Shown one piece after another: positions 27,945 to 41,677 of a DNA stretch of 64,000 nt. A program made the position numbers and the translations under genes. The stretch is from Eledone cirrhosa (Eukaryota). The stretch is from positions 57,102,001 to 57,166,000 of the forward strand of contig OZ024748.1 of NCBI GenBank assembly GCA_964016885.1. Direction: 5' to 3'. Each line of letters opens with the position of its first letter. Within the stretch, counting starts at the first letter, position 1. Below the pieces are notes generated by a model, which was not told the origin of the DNA, did no database searches, and worked only from the letters and a program-made list of their open reading frames with translations.

Positions 27945-28182
27945 TATACAATATATTAACAAATGGAAACTATATTTATAAAGCCATATTTATTTCATTA
28001 TACATATTTCAAGGACACCAAAGCAAATTATGGTGCGCTTTCATCAGATAAAATATAATATAGATCAGTGTTATAAACAAATATTGACATACCCTGTTTA
28101 TAAAACTGATCTATATTATATTTTATCTGATGAAAGCGCACCATAATTTGCTTTGGTGTCCTTGAAATATGTATAATGAAAT
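27945..28182. mobile_element. Fold-back element with two divergent complete hammerheads, family B
   Basis: HHR on minus strand 27992-28054 and on plus strand 28120-28182; stem II AAGCGCACCA/TGGTGTCCTT. Confidence 0.85.
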
Positions 28183-28286
28183 GTTTTTCTCAAGAATACA
28201 ACACACCACTTGGTCATGGAATTGAACACACAAAATTACGATCGTAATCCAATGATGTAACTACTAGGTCGCGTGCTTTCACACAG

Positions 28287-28353
<67 letters not shown>

Positions 28354-28378
28354 TACACACACACACACACACATATAC

Positions 28379-28434
<56 letters not shown>

Positions 28435-29316
28435 CGAGAGAGAGAGAGAAAGAAAGAAAGAGAAAGAGAGAAACAGGGAAATATTGTTTGAGTGAATAAA
28501 AGAAACAAAGAAATTAAAGAATAAAAAAGGGGAGTAGAGATAGATAGATAAATCCGAGGGGGCGGGGGGGGGGGGGGGGTGAATAAGAGCATGAAATATC
28601 TGCTAGACACCATGGTCAGTGTTTTCCCAAGACTACATACATACATAAACACACATTATACATACGCCCATACACACATGCAGACAAATACACACACATA
28701 CACACACCATCCATACGTCCATACACAAACCGACAAGCAGACACACACATACACACACCATACATATACACTAAACAAACACACACTTATACGGTTCTAT
28801 CATCGTCAATTGGTGTTGAAATGCCGCAGTTAAACAGTTGATCACACCGGCAACAACAGCACAATTAAGCGATCATAGTGTCTATTCTTAAGTGGACATG
28901 ACGGCCGAACTGTGGTCAGCAAATATTGCAAGCCTGACCAGCTGTCCAAGTGACCACATTGGAAACAAGAAAGTGGATAATTATGAGAGATTTCCAGTTT
29001 TTCGCACTCAACTAACACTACATGACATATTCGCGCCGCAAATATCAGGTGATGTCCATCCAGCTAGTTATCTTCCGCCATTTTCACCAGACCACTACCT
29101 CTAACACAAACCACCTTTCACCTTATTCTCTCTCTATACACATATCTATCTATCTATCACACTCTTTCTGCTTGTCTGTCTTTCTTTCACTCTCACCAAC
29201 CACACCAAATCATACCAATCGCTACACATTAACCAACTGGACAACAACCAACTGGGGATATACTAACATCCAGCTAGTTATCTTCCGCCATTACCAACAT
29301 CCCAACCCCGACTTCA

Positions 29317-29360
<44 letters not shown>

Positions 29361-29509
29361 CTCACTCTCATACACACACCAACCACTCCAAATCATACCA
29401 GCCGCCTATCCATTTCCCAACTAGACAACAGCCAGCTGGGGATATATAATACTAAAAATTATACATATAAAATCAACAAACCAACCCTCCCCACACAAAC
29501 TAGCCAAAT

Positions 29510-29940
29510 AAAACTTCATCTACCATAGCCATCGACAACCCCAGCCAGCGTGGGAGCCTCAACTTGCTAGAAACAACAGCCAAAATCTCTCTCTAATCGA
29601 ACCCAGCTGTCTTCGAATGGAACTTCATCTACCATCACCATCGACAACACAAGCCAATATGAGAGATTCCACGTCGACTCTCAACCTGCTAGAAATAGCA
29701 ACTAAAATCTCCCTCAAATTACACCCAGATGTATACGAAAAAAACTTCATCTAACATCACCACCGTCAACACCGGCCAGCGTGGGAACTTCAACATACAA
29801 GAAATAGCAGCTAAACTCTCTCTCAAATCATACCCATCTGTCTTCGAAAGGGACACATATGTTAACATGTTTCTGGGTTATCTTCACAGAGGCAGATGAC
29901 GGGATGGTCATGACTGGAATTACTTGAAACATAAGTCTGC
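29510..29940 (+). repeat. Three tandem ~120-bp copies of a retroposon 3' segment
   Basis: aacttcatctaccat...ctagaaatagcagc.aaatctc.ctcaaat repeated; a related inverted piece lies at ~47885. Confidence 0.55.
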
Positions 29941-30545
29941 TAGACTACCAACAACTACCACTACCAACAACACCACCACCACCACAACTAACACCACTAC
30001 TACCACCATCACACCACCACTACCAACACCACCACTACCAACACCACAACCACCACGACTAACACCACTACTACCACCGCCAGTACCTCTATTACAGTCA
30101 CACCACTACTACCACCATCACAGCACCTCTACCAACACCACGACCACCACAACTAACACCACTACTACCACCGCCAAAACCACTATTACAGTCACACCAC
30201 TACTACCACCATCACACCACCACTACCAACACCACCACTACCAACACCACCACCACCACGACTAACACCACTACTACCACCGCCAACACCACTACTCACA
30301 GTACACACATCAATGGTCAACGGCCTGGTCAACTCCATTGACCCTCTCAAAGGCACATTAATACGTGTGTATACATAGGCATATGTGTAAGTGTGTGCCT
30401 GTGTCTCTCTCTCTCTCTACACACACACATATGTATGTATGTATATATATATATATATATTTACATGTATGCATACATACACATAAATACATACATACAT
30501 GCATACATACACATAAAGACATACATACATACATACATACATACA

Positions 30546-30579
<34 letters not shown>

Positions 30580-30688
30580 CTTCGTTCCTCTGACTTTTTC
30601 AATTTTCAACGGAAACTTCAATACTTATATATATATTGAGTACTTTGGTGCGTTATGGTCCACCTGGTTCCTTACCACATTTCCTTCG

Positions 30689-30745
<57 letters not shown>

Positions 30746-30786
30746 CGAAACATAAGTCAATTGCATGAACTCATAATCCTTTATTT

Positions 30787-30842
30787 ACTGCTATATATAT
30801 TTCGATGATAGCCATTGAATGGCTATGACCTCATCAGGCAGT
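30787..30842 (-). ncRNA. Type I hammerhead ribozyme motif, family F
   Basis: ACTGC CTGATGA GGTCATAGCCATT C AATGGCTATCATC GAAA TATATAT A GCAGT. Confidence 0.85.
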
Positions 30843-30899
30843 TAGTCAGTTCTTAGATATGCCAGCTCGGTGTTTATGGTTTTGATGATATCAGAGCCT

Positions 30900-31438
<539 letters not shown>

Positions 31439-31849
31439 TATTACTATATAACTTTACACTGGACTTTTTTCTTTCTTTATAATTGTTACTGAATTCGATT
31501 AGAAATTGTTATCAATGGCAAATAAAGAGGTGATTAATAGAAAGCCACAGTTGCTGAGTTTCAATCTGCAATTCCTAGTAATTCCCCTGCAATTAAGTGA
31601 TTCTGTTCGTCTGAGAATCTTTTAACCGGTTTTGTAATGCAGATATCCTACAGCTATTCGGCTTAATTTATCTTTCTTTCTTAAACACCCTATTGCTTTC
31701 ACCATTGCTTAGAAGTCCAATTGGTTAGAGGGGAAACAGAGTTGAGGAGAAGGAGGTGTAAGAGAAAAAGACAGTGAGAGTGAGAGTGTGTGGGAGTGAG
31801 AGACAGGGTGAGAAAGTAAGTGTGAGAGAATGTATGTTAGATTGTGTGA

Positions 31850-32183
31850 GAGGAAAGAGAGCTTGTGTGAGAGGAAAGAGAGTTTGTGTGAGAGGAAAGA
31901 AACTTTGTGTGAGAGGAAAGAGTTTGTGTGATAGGAAAGAGAGTTTGTGTGAGAGGAAAGAGTTTGTGTGAGAGGAAAGAAAGTTTGTATGAGAGGAAAG
32001 AGAGTTTGTTTGAGAGGAAACAGAGTTTGTGTGAGAGGGAAGAGTGTTTGTGTGAGAGGAAAGTGTTTGTGTGAGAGGAAAGAGAGTTTGTGTGAGAGGA
32101 AAGAGAGCTTGTATGAGAGGGAAGAGAGTTTGTGTGAGAGGAAAGAGTGTTTGTGTGAGAGGAAAGAGTTTGTGTGAGAGGAA
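31850..32183. repeat. ~21-bp minisatellite
   Basis: gtgtgagaggaaagagagttt tandem. Confidence 0.9.
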
Positions 32184-33383
32184 AATGGATTTGGGCAAAC
32201 CGCAGCGGATCATCTAGGTCGTACCTAGATAGGTTCTTAGTTAGAAATAAGGATAAGGACTTTTTAAGTGGTCCAAAAATGCGCATGGTTGGCTATTCAG
32301 ACCACAAGTTAGTGACCTGCATGCTCAACCTTGACAGAACGCATAGACAGGGACCCGGTTACTGGAAGCTCAACTTCTCCTTACCGGCAAGTAAGGCTTA
32401 CAGGGACCGGATTAGCACTTTAGTTAAGGAGCGGTTGACGGGCGCCATCGTCAACAGCAGGTGGTGGGGATCTCTGAAAAGAGAGATTAGAGTAGTCTCT
32501 ATAGAATTTAGTAAGGAGTTAGCCTCAAATAGAAATAGGAAGGAAAGGGAGTTGGTAGATAGTGTAGAATAGGCAATTAGAAGCGGCGACATAGCCAGAG
32601 TGCTAGCGTCGAGAACGGCCCTGGGCCAGTTCTTCGACGCGAAACACGAAGGCTATGTCGTCCGAAGCAAAATACGTGCTCTGGGAAACGAGGGGACCAA
32701 AGCTGTTAGCTGGGCCCGCGTGACAGAAGCCAAAAGAGGGAGTAGATCCACTATCCCGTCTTTGCGAGACCAGGATGGTCGGGTGATCCTTGAGCCTAAG
32801 CAGATGTGCGGGGCTTTTCAAAAGCACTTTGCCAGATTGTTCGGAATGGCGGGGGAGCCGGTTGGGGAAGTGGACTTCGGTCCATACCTCAACGGCCTGC
32901 CGCGTCTCTAGGACAGGGAGGCGAAGTCCTGCGAGGAGCCAATTTCAGCCGCTGAGATAGACGACGTGCTGAGCCAATGCGGCAAACGAAAATCCCCGGG
33001 TCTCGATGGTCTTCCATACGAACTATATCTATCCATGCCGGACTTGTTCCCCGATCTCCTCGAGGCGGTCTACTGCAACTGGGAATAGAACGGGCGAATT
33101 CCCTGTGCTGTGACCAAGGGCGTAGTCACGCTAGTGAGGAAGGACGAGAACAAGGGGGACGATATAAATAATTTCAGGCCCATAACTCTGCTAAATACAG
33201 AGTTACAGATTTTGGCCAAGGTGCTAGCAAAGAGGTTGGCGCTTGTCGTGGGCAACCTGGTGGGAGATGCGCAGAATGTGCGATCCCGTCCAGGTCCATC
33301 CACGACAACCTCCACCTCATGCGATACATCATAGAGAGGGTTGGGAACGAACCCGGCTTTGGTGGGGCCCTGATCAACTTGGA
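32184..33383 (+). pseudogene. Tx1/L1-clade LINE ORF2 fragment (APE endonuclease C-terminus + RT N-terminus)
   Basis: SYLDRFL, SDHKLV, YWKLN, KSPGLDGLPYELY and NFRPITLLNTELQILAKVLAKRL lie in one frame with 3 in-frame TAG stops. A frameshift near 33275 leads to IHDNLHLMR...ALINLD, then (GATA)n. Confidence 0.9.
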
Positions 33384-33386
33384 TAG

Positions 33387-33488
<102 letters not shown>

Positions 33489-33828
33489 CAAAGGATATAA
33501 AGAAAAAATTAATGAATGAAAAAAAGTAAAAAAGAAAGAAAGAGCAATAGAGAAAAAGAAAGAAATAAAGAAAAAGAAAGAATGAAAGGAAGAAGAGAAA
33601 ATAAAAGAAAGAAAAAAGAAAGAAAGAAAGTGGAGTAGTGAAAATTACATATTAAGTGAATCGGTGTTTAAAATGAAAAATGAGATTATCGAGTGAGGTT
33701 TTATTAAATTAATGAAAAGAAAACTTGTTAAGTGTTTCCAGTTTTGAGATAAATGCATCCTTGTGTGTCTTCTTCTGAAAGTTAAACGGGGTTTCAGGGA
33801 TATTTTCATAGGTCTATATATTGTTTTT

Positions 33829-33867
<39 letters not shown>

Positions 33868-34784
33868 CATCCCCCCCTCTCTCTCTCTCTCTCTCTTTCT
33901 CTCTTTCATTCCCACTCTATCGTTCTCTTCCTCTCTCTTCCTCTCTCTTCCTCTCTCTTCCTCTTTCTCTTTCTCTCTTTAGTTTATACTTTCTCTCTCT
34001 CGTTCTTTCTCTCTTTCTCTCACTCCTCTCTCACTATCTCTCCTTCTGTCTCTCTCTCCTTCTATCTCTCTCTCACTCTCTCTTATTTCCTCTCACTCTC
34101 TCAATCTCACATTCCTTTTCTCCATCTTACTCTCTCTTACTTTCTCTCTTTCTAGCTAGCTCTCTCTTTTTCTCCATCTTTTTCTCTCTAAATGCTTTTG
34201 AAAATAAAACGGGAGTTTTGGGGGATATTTTGGAAGGCTCTCTATATGTTTTCAGCATCCCTCTCTTTCTCTCTTTCTCCTCCTCTCTCTTTTTCTCCCT
34301 CTCCCTCTGTCTGGATGTATGTATGCATGTGTAAGTATGTGTGTATACGTGTGTGTGTGTGTAACCGTTAATACACTGCTCAGTCAGCATGTTTATACGA
34401 TAATAGCTTTCATAACTACAGGGTATTCTATTTTCTCTTCTCTTCTCTTATGTTTGTTTACTTTATGTTGTTGTTGTTATTGTTAATGTTGTTTTTTCTA
34501 TCTTTTTAAGTTCTCCTTATTTACACGTAAACTGTAGTAAGCAGCACCTACATCAACAGCAATAACAACAATAGCTGCAGCAACACGTACAACGAAAACA
34601 AATGATACCACATTAGCAATGTATGTGTGCTCTATTAACTCCTGATAGAGTCGTAGGGGCGCCGTATTGACATACGATGTTTCTTGAGCATTTTAAAGTC
34701 TGGTGGAGCACATCCTTCTCCAGTTCAGCAGATTTCTTCCAAACAAAGATAGAAAGAGGAAACGAGAAAGAGGTATAGAGGAAG

Positions 34785-35135
34785 AATCGACCCCTGTACT
34801 AGACTGGTATTTTTTTTATCGACCTCGAAAGAAAGAAAGGCAAAGTTGACCTCGGCGAGATTTGAACTCCGAGAGCAGAGAGCCGGAACGAATATCATAA
34901 AACATTCTACCTGACGCTCTAACGATTCGACCAATTCACTGCCTAACAGTAATAATTGTTTCTACTTTAGGCACAAGGCCAGCAATTACCCAGTGCATTA
35001 CTGGTACTTTATTTTATCGACCCCGTAAGGATGAAAGGCAAAGTCAATCTCGGCGGGATTTGAACTCAGATCGTAAAGGGGCGTAACTATGCTGGAAAGC
35101 ATGGCGTCCGACCCTCTACCGATACTGCCAATTCA
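34785..35135 (-). mobile_element. Two adjacent SINEs (divergent copy + young copy)
   Basis: 34785-34945 divergent; 34950-35135 near consensus, (AAT)n flanks. Confidence 0.8.
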
Positions 35136-35180
35136 CAATAATAATAATGGTTTCTTATATAGGCACAAGGCCAGTAATGT

Positions 35181-36470
35181 GTCAACAATAACAACAGCCA
35201 CAACACTATGTCAACAATAACAACAGCCACAACACTATGTCAACAATAACAACAGCCACAACACTATGTCAACAATAACAACAGCCTCAACACTATGTTG
35301 ACAATAACAACAGCCACAACACTATGGCAACAATAACAACAGCCACAACACTATGTCAACAATAACAACAGCCACAACACTATGTTGACAATAACAACAG
35401 CCACAACACAATGTCAACAATAACAACAGCCACAACACTATGTCAACAATAACAACAGCCACAACACAATGTCAACAATAACAACAGCCACAACACTATG
35501 TCAACAATAACAACAGCCACAACACTATGTCAACAATAACAACAGCCACAACACTATGTCAACAATAACAACAGCCACAACACAATGTCAACAATGACAA
35601 CAGCCACAACACAATGTCAACAATAACAACAGCCACAACACTATGTCAACAATAACAACAGCCACAACACAATGTCAACAATAACAACAGCCACAACACT
35701 ATGTCAACAATAACAACAGCCACAACACAATGTCAACAATAACAACAGCCACAACACAATGTCAACAATAACAACAGCCACAACACTATGTCAGCAATAA
35801 CAACAGCCACAACACTATGTTGACAATAACAACAGCCACAACACAATGTCAACAATAACAACAGCCACAACACAATGTCAACAATAATAACAGCCACAAC
35901 ACTATGTTGATAATAACAACAGCCACAACACAATGTCAACAATAACAACAGCCACAACACAATGTCAACAATAACAGCCACAACACTATGTTGACAATAA
36001 CAACAGCCACAACACTATGTCAACAATAACAACAGCCACAACACAATGTCAACAATAACAACAGCCACAACACTATGTTGACAATAACAACAGCCACAAC
36101 ACTATGTCAACAATAACAACAGCCACAACACTATGTCAACAATAACAACAGCCACAACACTATGTCAACAATAACAACAGCCACAACACTATGTCAACAA
36201 TAACAACAGCCACAACACTATGTCAACAATAGCAACAGCCGCAACACTATGTCAACAATGACAACAGCCACAACACTATGTCAACAATAACAACAGCCAC
36301 AACACTATGTCAACAATGACAACAGCCATAACACTATGTTGACAATAACAACAGCCACAACACTATGTCAACAATGACAACAGCCATAACACTATGTTGA
36401 CAATAACAACAGCCACAACACTATGTCAACAATGACAACAGCCATAACACTATGTTGACAATAACAACGG
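35181..36470. repeat. 29-bp minisatellite, ~44 copies
   Basis: gtcaacaataacaacagccacaacactat tandem, highly homogeneous. Confidence 0.95.
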
Positions 36471-37898
36471 TACTAATAACAACACAAGTAGCAGCAAGTG
36501 AGAAAACTTGTATAAAGTCACTGGACTTTTATCAGCATTTATCCGTCTTTTACTGCAGAGTCAAAATGTTGCATTAATGTAGATTAATGTGATTTAGATG
36601 ATGCACCAGTCAACACATAGATTGACATTGGACCGAAATTACATATTACATTCACGTAAGCATTGTTTGTGAGAGCGCAGCTAATAGGACGATGTTATAT
36701 GAAGCCCTCATAAATCTATGTTCATATCCTATTGCCTTAGAGGTATAGCCAGGATTTCCTAAATGTACAATGTGATTGTTAGTAACATGCAGCACGCCAT
36801 CCAAGCCATTCAAGTCATACTTAGTTAAAGTGTTTATAAGAATAACACATAGAGATAATGTACATTATTCACAGAGGCTGATAGTTAGTTACATACACTA
36901 GGAATTCACGTCTATATAGTCAACTTAGACAATCTATATTATGAAAGAAGACCGGTTTCTCCGTCTGTCTGTCCGTCACATTTATACGTAGAATAGGTGG
37001 AAAGGGAAGGATACACCCTTTTAAAAATTGTGAGGAATTAGAGGTAATAAAGTAGAGATCTGTAGGAGGGATGGTGGTGAGGAGCCAAAGGGAGGGGGGC
37101 ACACAGTACAAATAAACAAAATTATTGGAGATACTAACTGAATGTGCTTCTCCAAACGTAGAAATGTTTCATATGCCTGATTAGCAAATTAGTTAAGCCT
37201 GAATTTGTTTGCAGTTATTAACAGGTGGTGGGTCACGCTAAATGAAAATTACAGTATAATTTACCGAAGGAGCTGTAGAAATTGTATATGATAGAACATT
37301 TCACAATCATATCTCTACTCAACACAAATTTAATGAAGAAAAATAGATGACAAACGGTTATTCGATCAGCCATATGTCCAGAAATACCAATGCAATCTTA
37401 CACAATCAATCAGGCAATGCTGAAACAATAACATATATAAATTGTAATCATATTCCACAAACGTAACCGAACGATAAAATATATCAGAGGGTAATTTTAA
37501 ACAACGCTACGTTAACCACACTTAAACATTCAAAATGTTGATGTTTCTGGCTTTTTTTCCCCTTTATTCATCGTCTATATTAATAATAGGTTCAACACGA
37601 AACCTCAGACCTCGTTCTATTCGTCAGAAATATTTCCATCGTATTCACATTATTTCCTTTTTGTGCATATATTTATCAACCACGTGATTTATTTTCCCAC
37701 ATTTTGTTTATTTTGGTTTAAACACTGACGATATAAATGTTTTCACCCTTGACGATTTGAGTTGTCTTTATTTATACAAGAATACATTTATGCAAATATT
37801 ATTAATAAATGTATACTTACATATAGATTTATGTGCATATGAGTATATATATATGTTGTATATATATATATATATATATATTAAAATAACAGATTAAA

Positions 37899-37947
37899 GT
37901 TTAAGCAAAGAATCGTTGCTTTCACCCTTAATGGGATCTTCTGAAAC
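37899..37947 (-). ncRNA. Hammerhead motif with core U4A mutation, family G
   Basis: GTTT CAGAAGA TCCC ATTAA GGGT GAAA GCAA CGATTCT TTGC TT AAAC. Lies inside inverted ends 37879-38022; a related copy is at 47107-47192. Confidence 0.65.
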
Positions 37948-38110
37948 TAAAAAAGTCAATCTGTGAACGCAGAAGTAAATATAGTAAATAAAGTAAATAA
38001 ACTTTAATCTGTTATTTTAATAAATATTTGTTCTACGGTCCTTATATATTTGATATATATTTATCCTTATCGAGCCCTCTTTGGATTTTAGTCTTCAAAT
38101 ATATTATTAT

Positions 38111-38146
<36 letters not shown>

Positions 38147-38148
38147 CC

Positions 38149-38189
<41 letters not shown>

Positions 38190-38720
38190 TATATGTGTGT
38201 ATATATATATATTTACAATTAATATGTTTATACATATCTAGATGAATGTACATACACACACACATATAAACCTATATACACATATATGTGTGTGTATATG
38301 TTTGTGTGCGTATGTGTGTGTGTGGGGGGGGGGGTATGTCAGCGTGTATGTGGGTGTGCGTTTGTATGGAATACATTCAATTATATATATATAATCGTAC
38401 GTTGCTCATGATGTTCTTGTTTAGTGGAATGAGTTTATTGTCATTAGCGGTAGAATTTCATTAGCAGCTCCATTCAACGGACATAAACAAGAAGCAGAGA
38501 TCAATTTAGATTAACACAAATTGAACAATATAAACAATATACGTAAATGATGCAAAAGAGACAATAGAAATGATCGGATATTAAGATGCTACAAAGCATT
38601 GCTCTCATTATACTATCAAATTTGACATAAGACATACACTCATACAGCAACACACACACACGGCCAGTCCCCGCTCACACTTATACACCAACACAAATAC
38701 ACACACACACAAATATATAT

Positions 38721-38759
<39 letters not shown>

Positions 38760-38776
38760 GATAGATAGAGATATAG

Positions 38777-38854
<78 letters not shown>

Positions 38855-39036
38855 TTATTTATTTATTTATTTATACACACACACAGAGCTTACAAAATCA
38901 CACACACATAAATGGATGTGTCTATGTATAAATATTGATAAAATGACACGTATCTACAGATAATATTTGCACTTATATATCTATATATATATATACACAC
39001 ATATATAAGTGTGTGTGTGCATTTGTGTGAATGTGT

Positions 39037-39076
<40 letters not shown>

Positions 39077-39147
39077 GTATTTATGTATAAATATATATAT
39101 ATATGTGTGTGCTCGTAAGTGTGCCAGTATGTTTGCAACTGAGTATG

Positions 39148-39261
<114 letters not shown>

Positions 39262-39740
39262 AAGGTGATACGACCGAAAGACATGTTTAATAAATCAAAA
39301 TTAAGCTTACAATGCAAAGAAAAGTCATTAGCGTTAATGATATAGTTATTTCCTTATAGTTATTAACATATCGATGAGACAGATACATTAAATCGTTGGG
39401 TATTTGTTGCTACTTTTTGCATTCTGAGTTCAAACACGCAGCTGTCCACTTTGCTTTTCAAATTTTCGGGTCGATTAAGAAAGTACCAGCTAAGTTCTTG
39501 TGCAGTCTTCTTTCTTCCTCCTTCTAGATGTTCCTCTGAATGAGATTAATGGTCGAGAGGGACGCAGTGTCCGTTTACATCTCCATGGGCACCTAAAACC
39601 CCTAGTATAGTACATAGTAATTCATAATATATTTGAAGTGACGTCTATAGTATACATAAACATATATATATATTTAGAATTATATATATATATGTGGGGG
39701 GGGGTATGTGCGTGTGTGTGTGTGTGCGTGTGTGTGTGTG

Positions 39741-39779
<39 letters not shown>

Positions 39780-40485
39780 GTGTGTGTGTGTGCGTGTGTG
39801 TGTGTCTATGTCTACTAGACCTCGTTAAGAAAGAATGTTAGCAGGAAGTTATTAAGGAGCCTGCAGATTAAGTCATTAAACTCTGCTAATGATGTAGTAA
39901 TTTGCTTTAGTAATTAAATACGCGGTAAATGATGTTCCTGTGGCGTTCACATAAAGATAATTAGGTGTGTATGTGTCTAATTTATCTGATTGTGTCCATA
40001 TGTAAGCATAAATATATCCCTGTATTTGTGCACCTTTGATTTCATGTGTGTTTGTCTGCAAATGTTCACATTGTTTTCTAAATAGGCACAGCGCCAGGAA
40101 TTTTGGATACAATGGAAAGCCGATTATATCAACAGGTGCATAATTTTATGGACCTCAGAAGTATGAGGGGCAAAGTTGATCTGGCAGGATTTGAACCTCC
40201 GGGAGAAATTATGCAAAGCCTTTTATCCGACGAACTAACGGTTCTGTCACTCCACCGCACTTGTACATGTTTATATTAAAAAAGTTTCTTATGTATACAC
40301 ATGTTTATGTACATATACGCATACATATACATAACTCACGTCAACAATAACAGCATCTATTTGCATAAATGCAAGGTTTCTTACACAAACATACATACAT
40401 ACGTATTTGTACATACATAATGCACACTCACACACATATGTATATATATATATATGTACATATACATATATATATGTACACATAC

Positions 40486-40558
<73 letters not shown>

Positions 40559-40704
40559 TATGCATATATATTGTTATACTTTGGGAGGGTCATGTTGCCA
40601 ATAAGAAACACACGCACCAGTTGCTTTCACTTCAGTTTATTATAACAATATCAGTTTCAACACACTTTTTCAGATAAAGAATCTTGCTAAACAAATTCAG
40701 AAAC

Positions 40705-40760
<56 letters not shown>

Positions 40761-40762
40761 TA

Positions 40763-40798
<36 letters not shown>

Positions 40799-40812
40799 TA
40801 TGTACATATAAG

Positions 40813-41282
40813 CATTGGTGCTTTGAAATAGCGATGTATACATTAATGTATGTATAGTATATTTGGCATATACTGTATGTTTAGTTTAAAATATTTTGAA
40901 GACCATTGGCTATGAATTTTAAAGTAGTAACTATTTCACTTACTTATTCTCGGCAAAAACAAAAGAGAGTGATCGGCAGACAGTCTGTTTCTCGCTTGTT
41001 AGCGTTTATCAAGACCACACACTACGCTGCCTTAGCCGATAATTATAGAAGCTGGATTCTTATAGAATTCCAGTAATAACCAGGAGCTGATTAAACAGAG
41101 CGCTTGCCGGTCCAGACAAAATTAGTATCAAGTATCAGTATTGGTGCTCTTAAATAGCGATGTATACATGAATGTATGTATAGTATATTTGGCAATATAC
41201 TGTATGTTTAATTTAAAACATTTTGAAGACCATTCGCTATGAGTTTTAAAGTAGTGACTATTTCACTTACTTATTCTCGGCA
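40813..41282. repeat. ~143-bp direct repeats flanking a ~185-bp spacer, embedded in (TA)n
   Basis: attggtgct...cttacttattctcggca at ~40813-40954 and ~41140-41282. Confidence 0.8.
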
Positions 41283-41677
41283 TATATATATATATATATA
41301 TATACTCATAGCACTACCTTTTTTCATATCACCTTTGTGATGGTGAACATCCCGTATTTATGATTTGGTATTTTTTTCGCTGGATCAGTGGAAATTTGAA
41401 TTATTACACCAGTATTTGGACCTTAACAGATTAATTATATTCCTGTCCTTTCTCTAAGCTTCAACAATAAATCTAATTCATACCTTAACCCACCGTCCTG
41501 AAAATATAAAGTAGACACTGAGACAATGATGTATTTTGGACAAATATAACGAAACAGGATAGTCTTGGATGGAACACCTCTGAGTACAATCTGCTTTGTT
41601 AGATATTACCTCGATCGAAAGCCACCTTCGGTCACGAATGACCATGAAAAATTGGAAAGTCAACAATAACTGCTAAA

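Noticed and set aside
34645-34695. Short dispersed repeat also at ~21225 and ~48300 (inverted)
   Set aside because: Real but too degenerate to classify
35181-36470. CRISPR-like regular array
   Set aside because: Contiguous tandem units with no unique spacers, no cas genes, eukaryotic context
36930-37130. Possible Helitron 5' end (atctatattatgaaag...gtctgtctgtcc)
   Set aside because: No matching 3' hairpin-CTAG end identified; too weak to call
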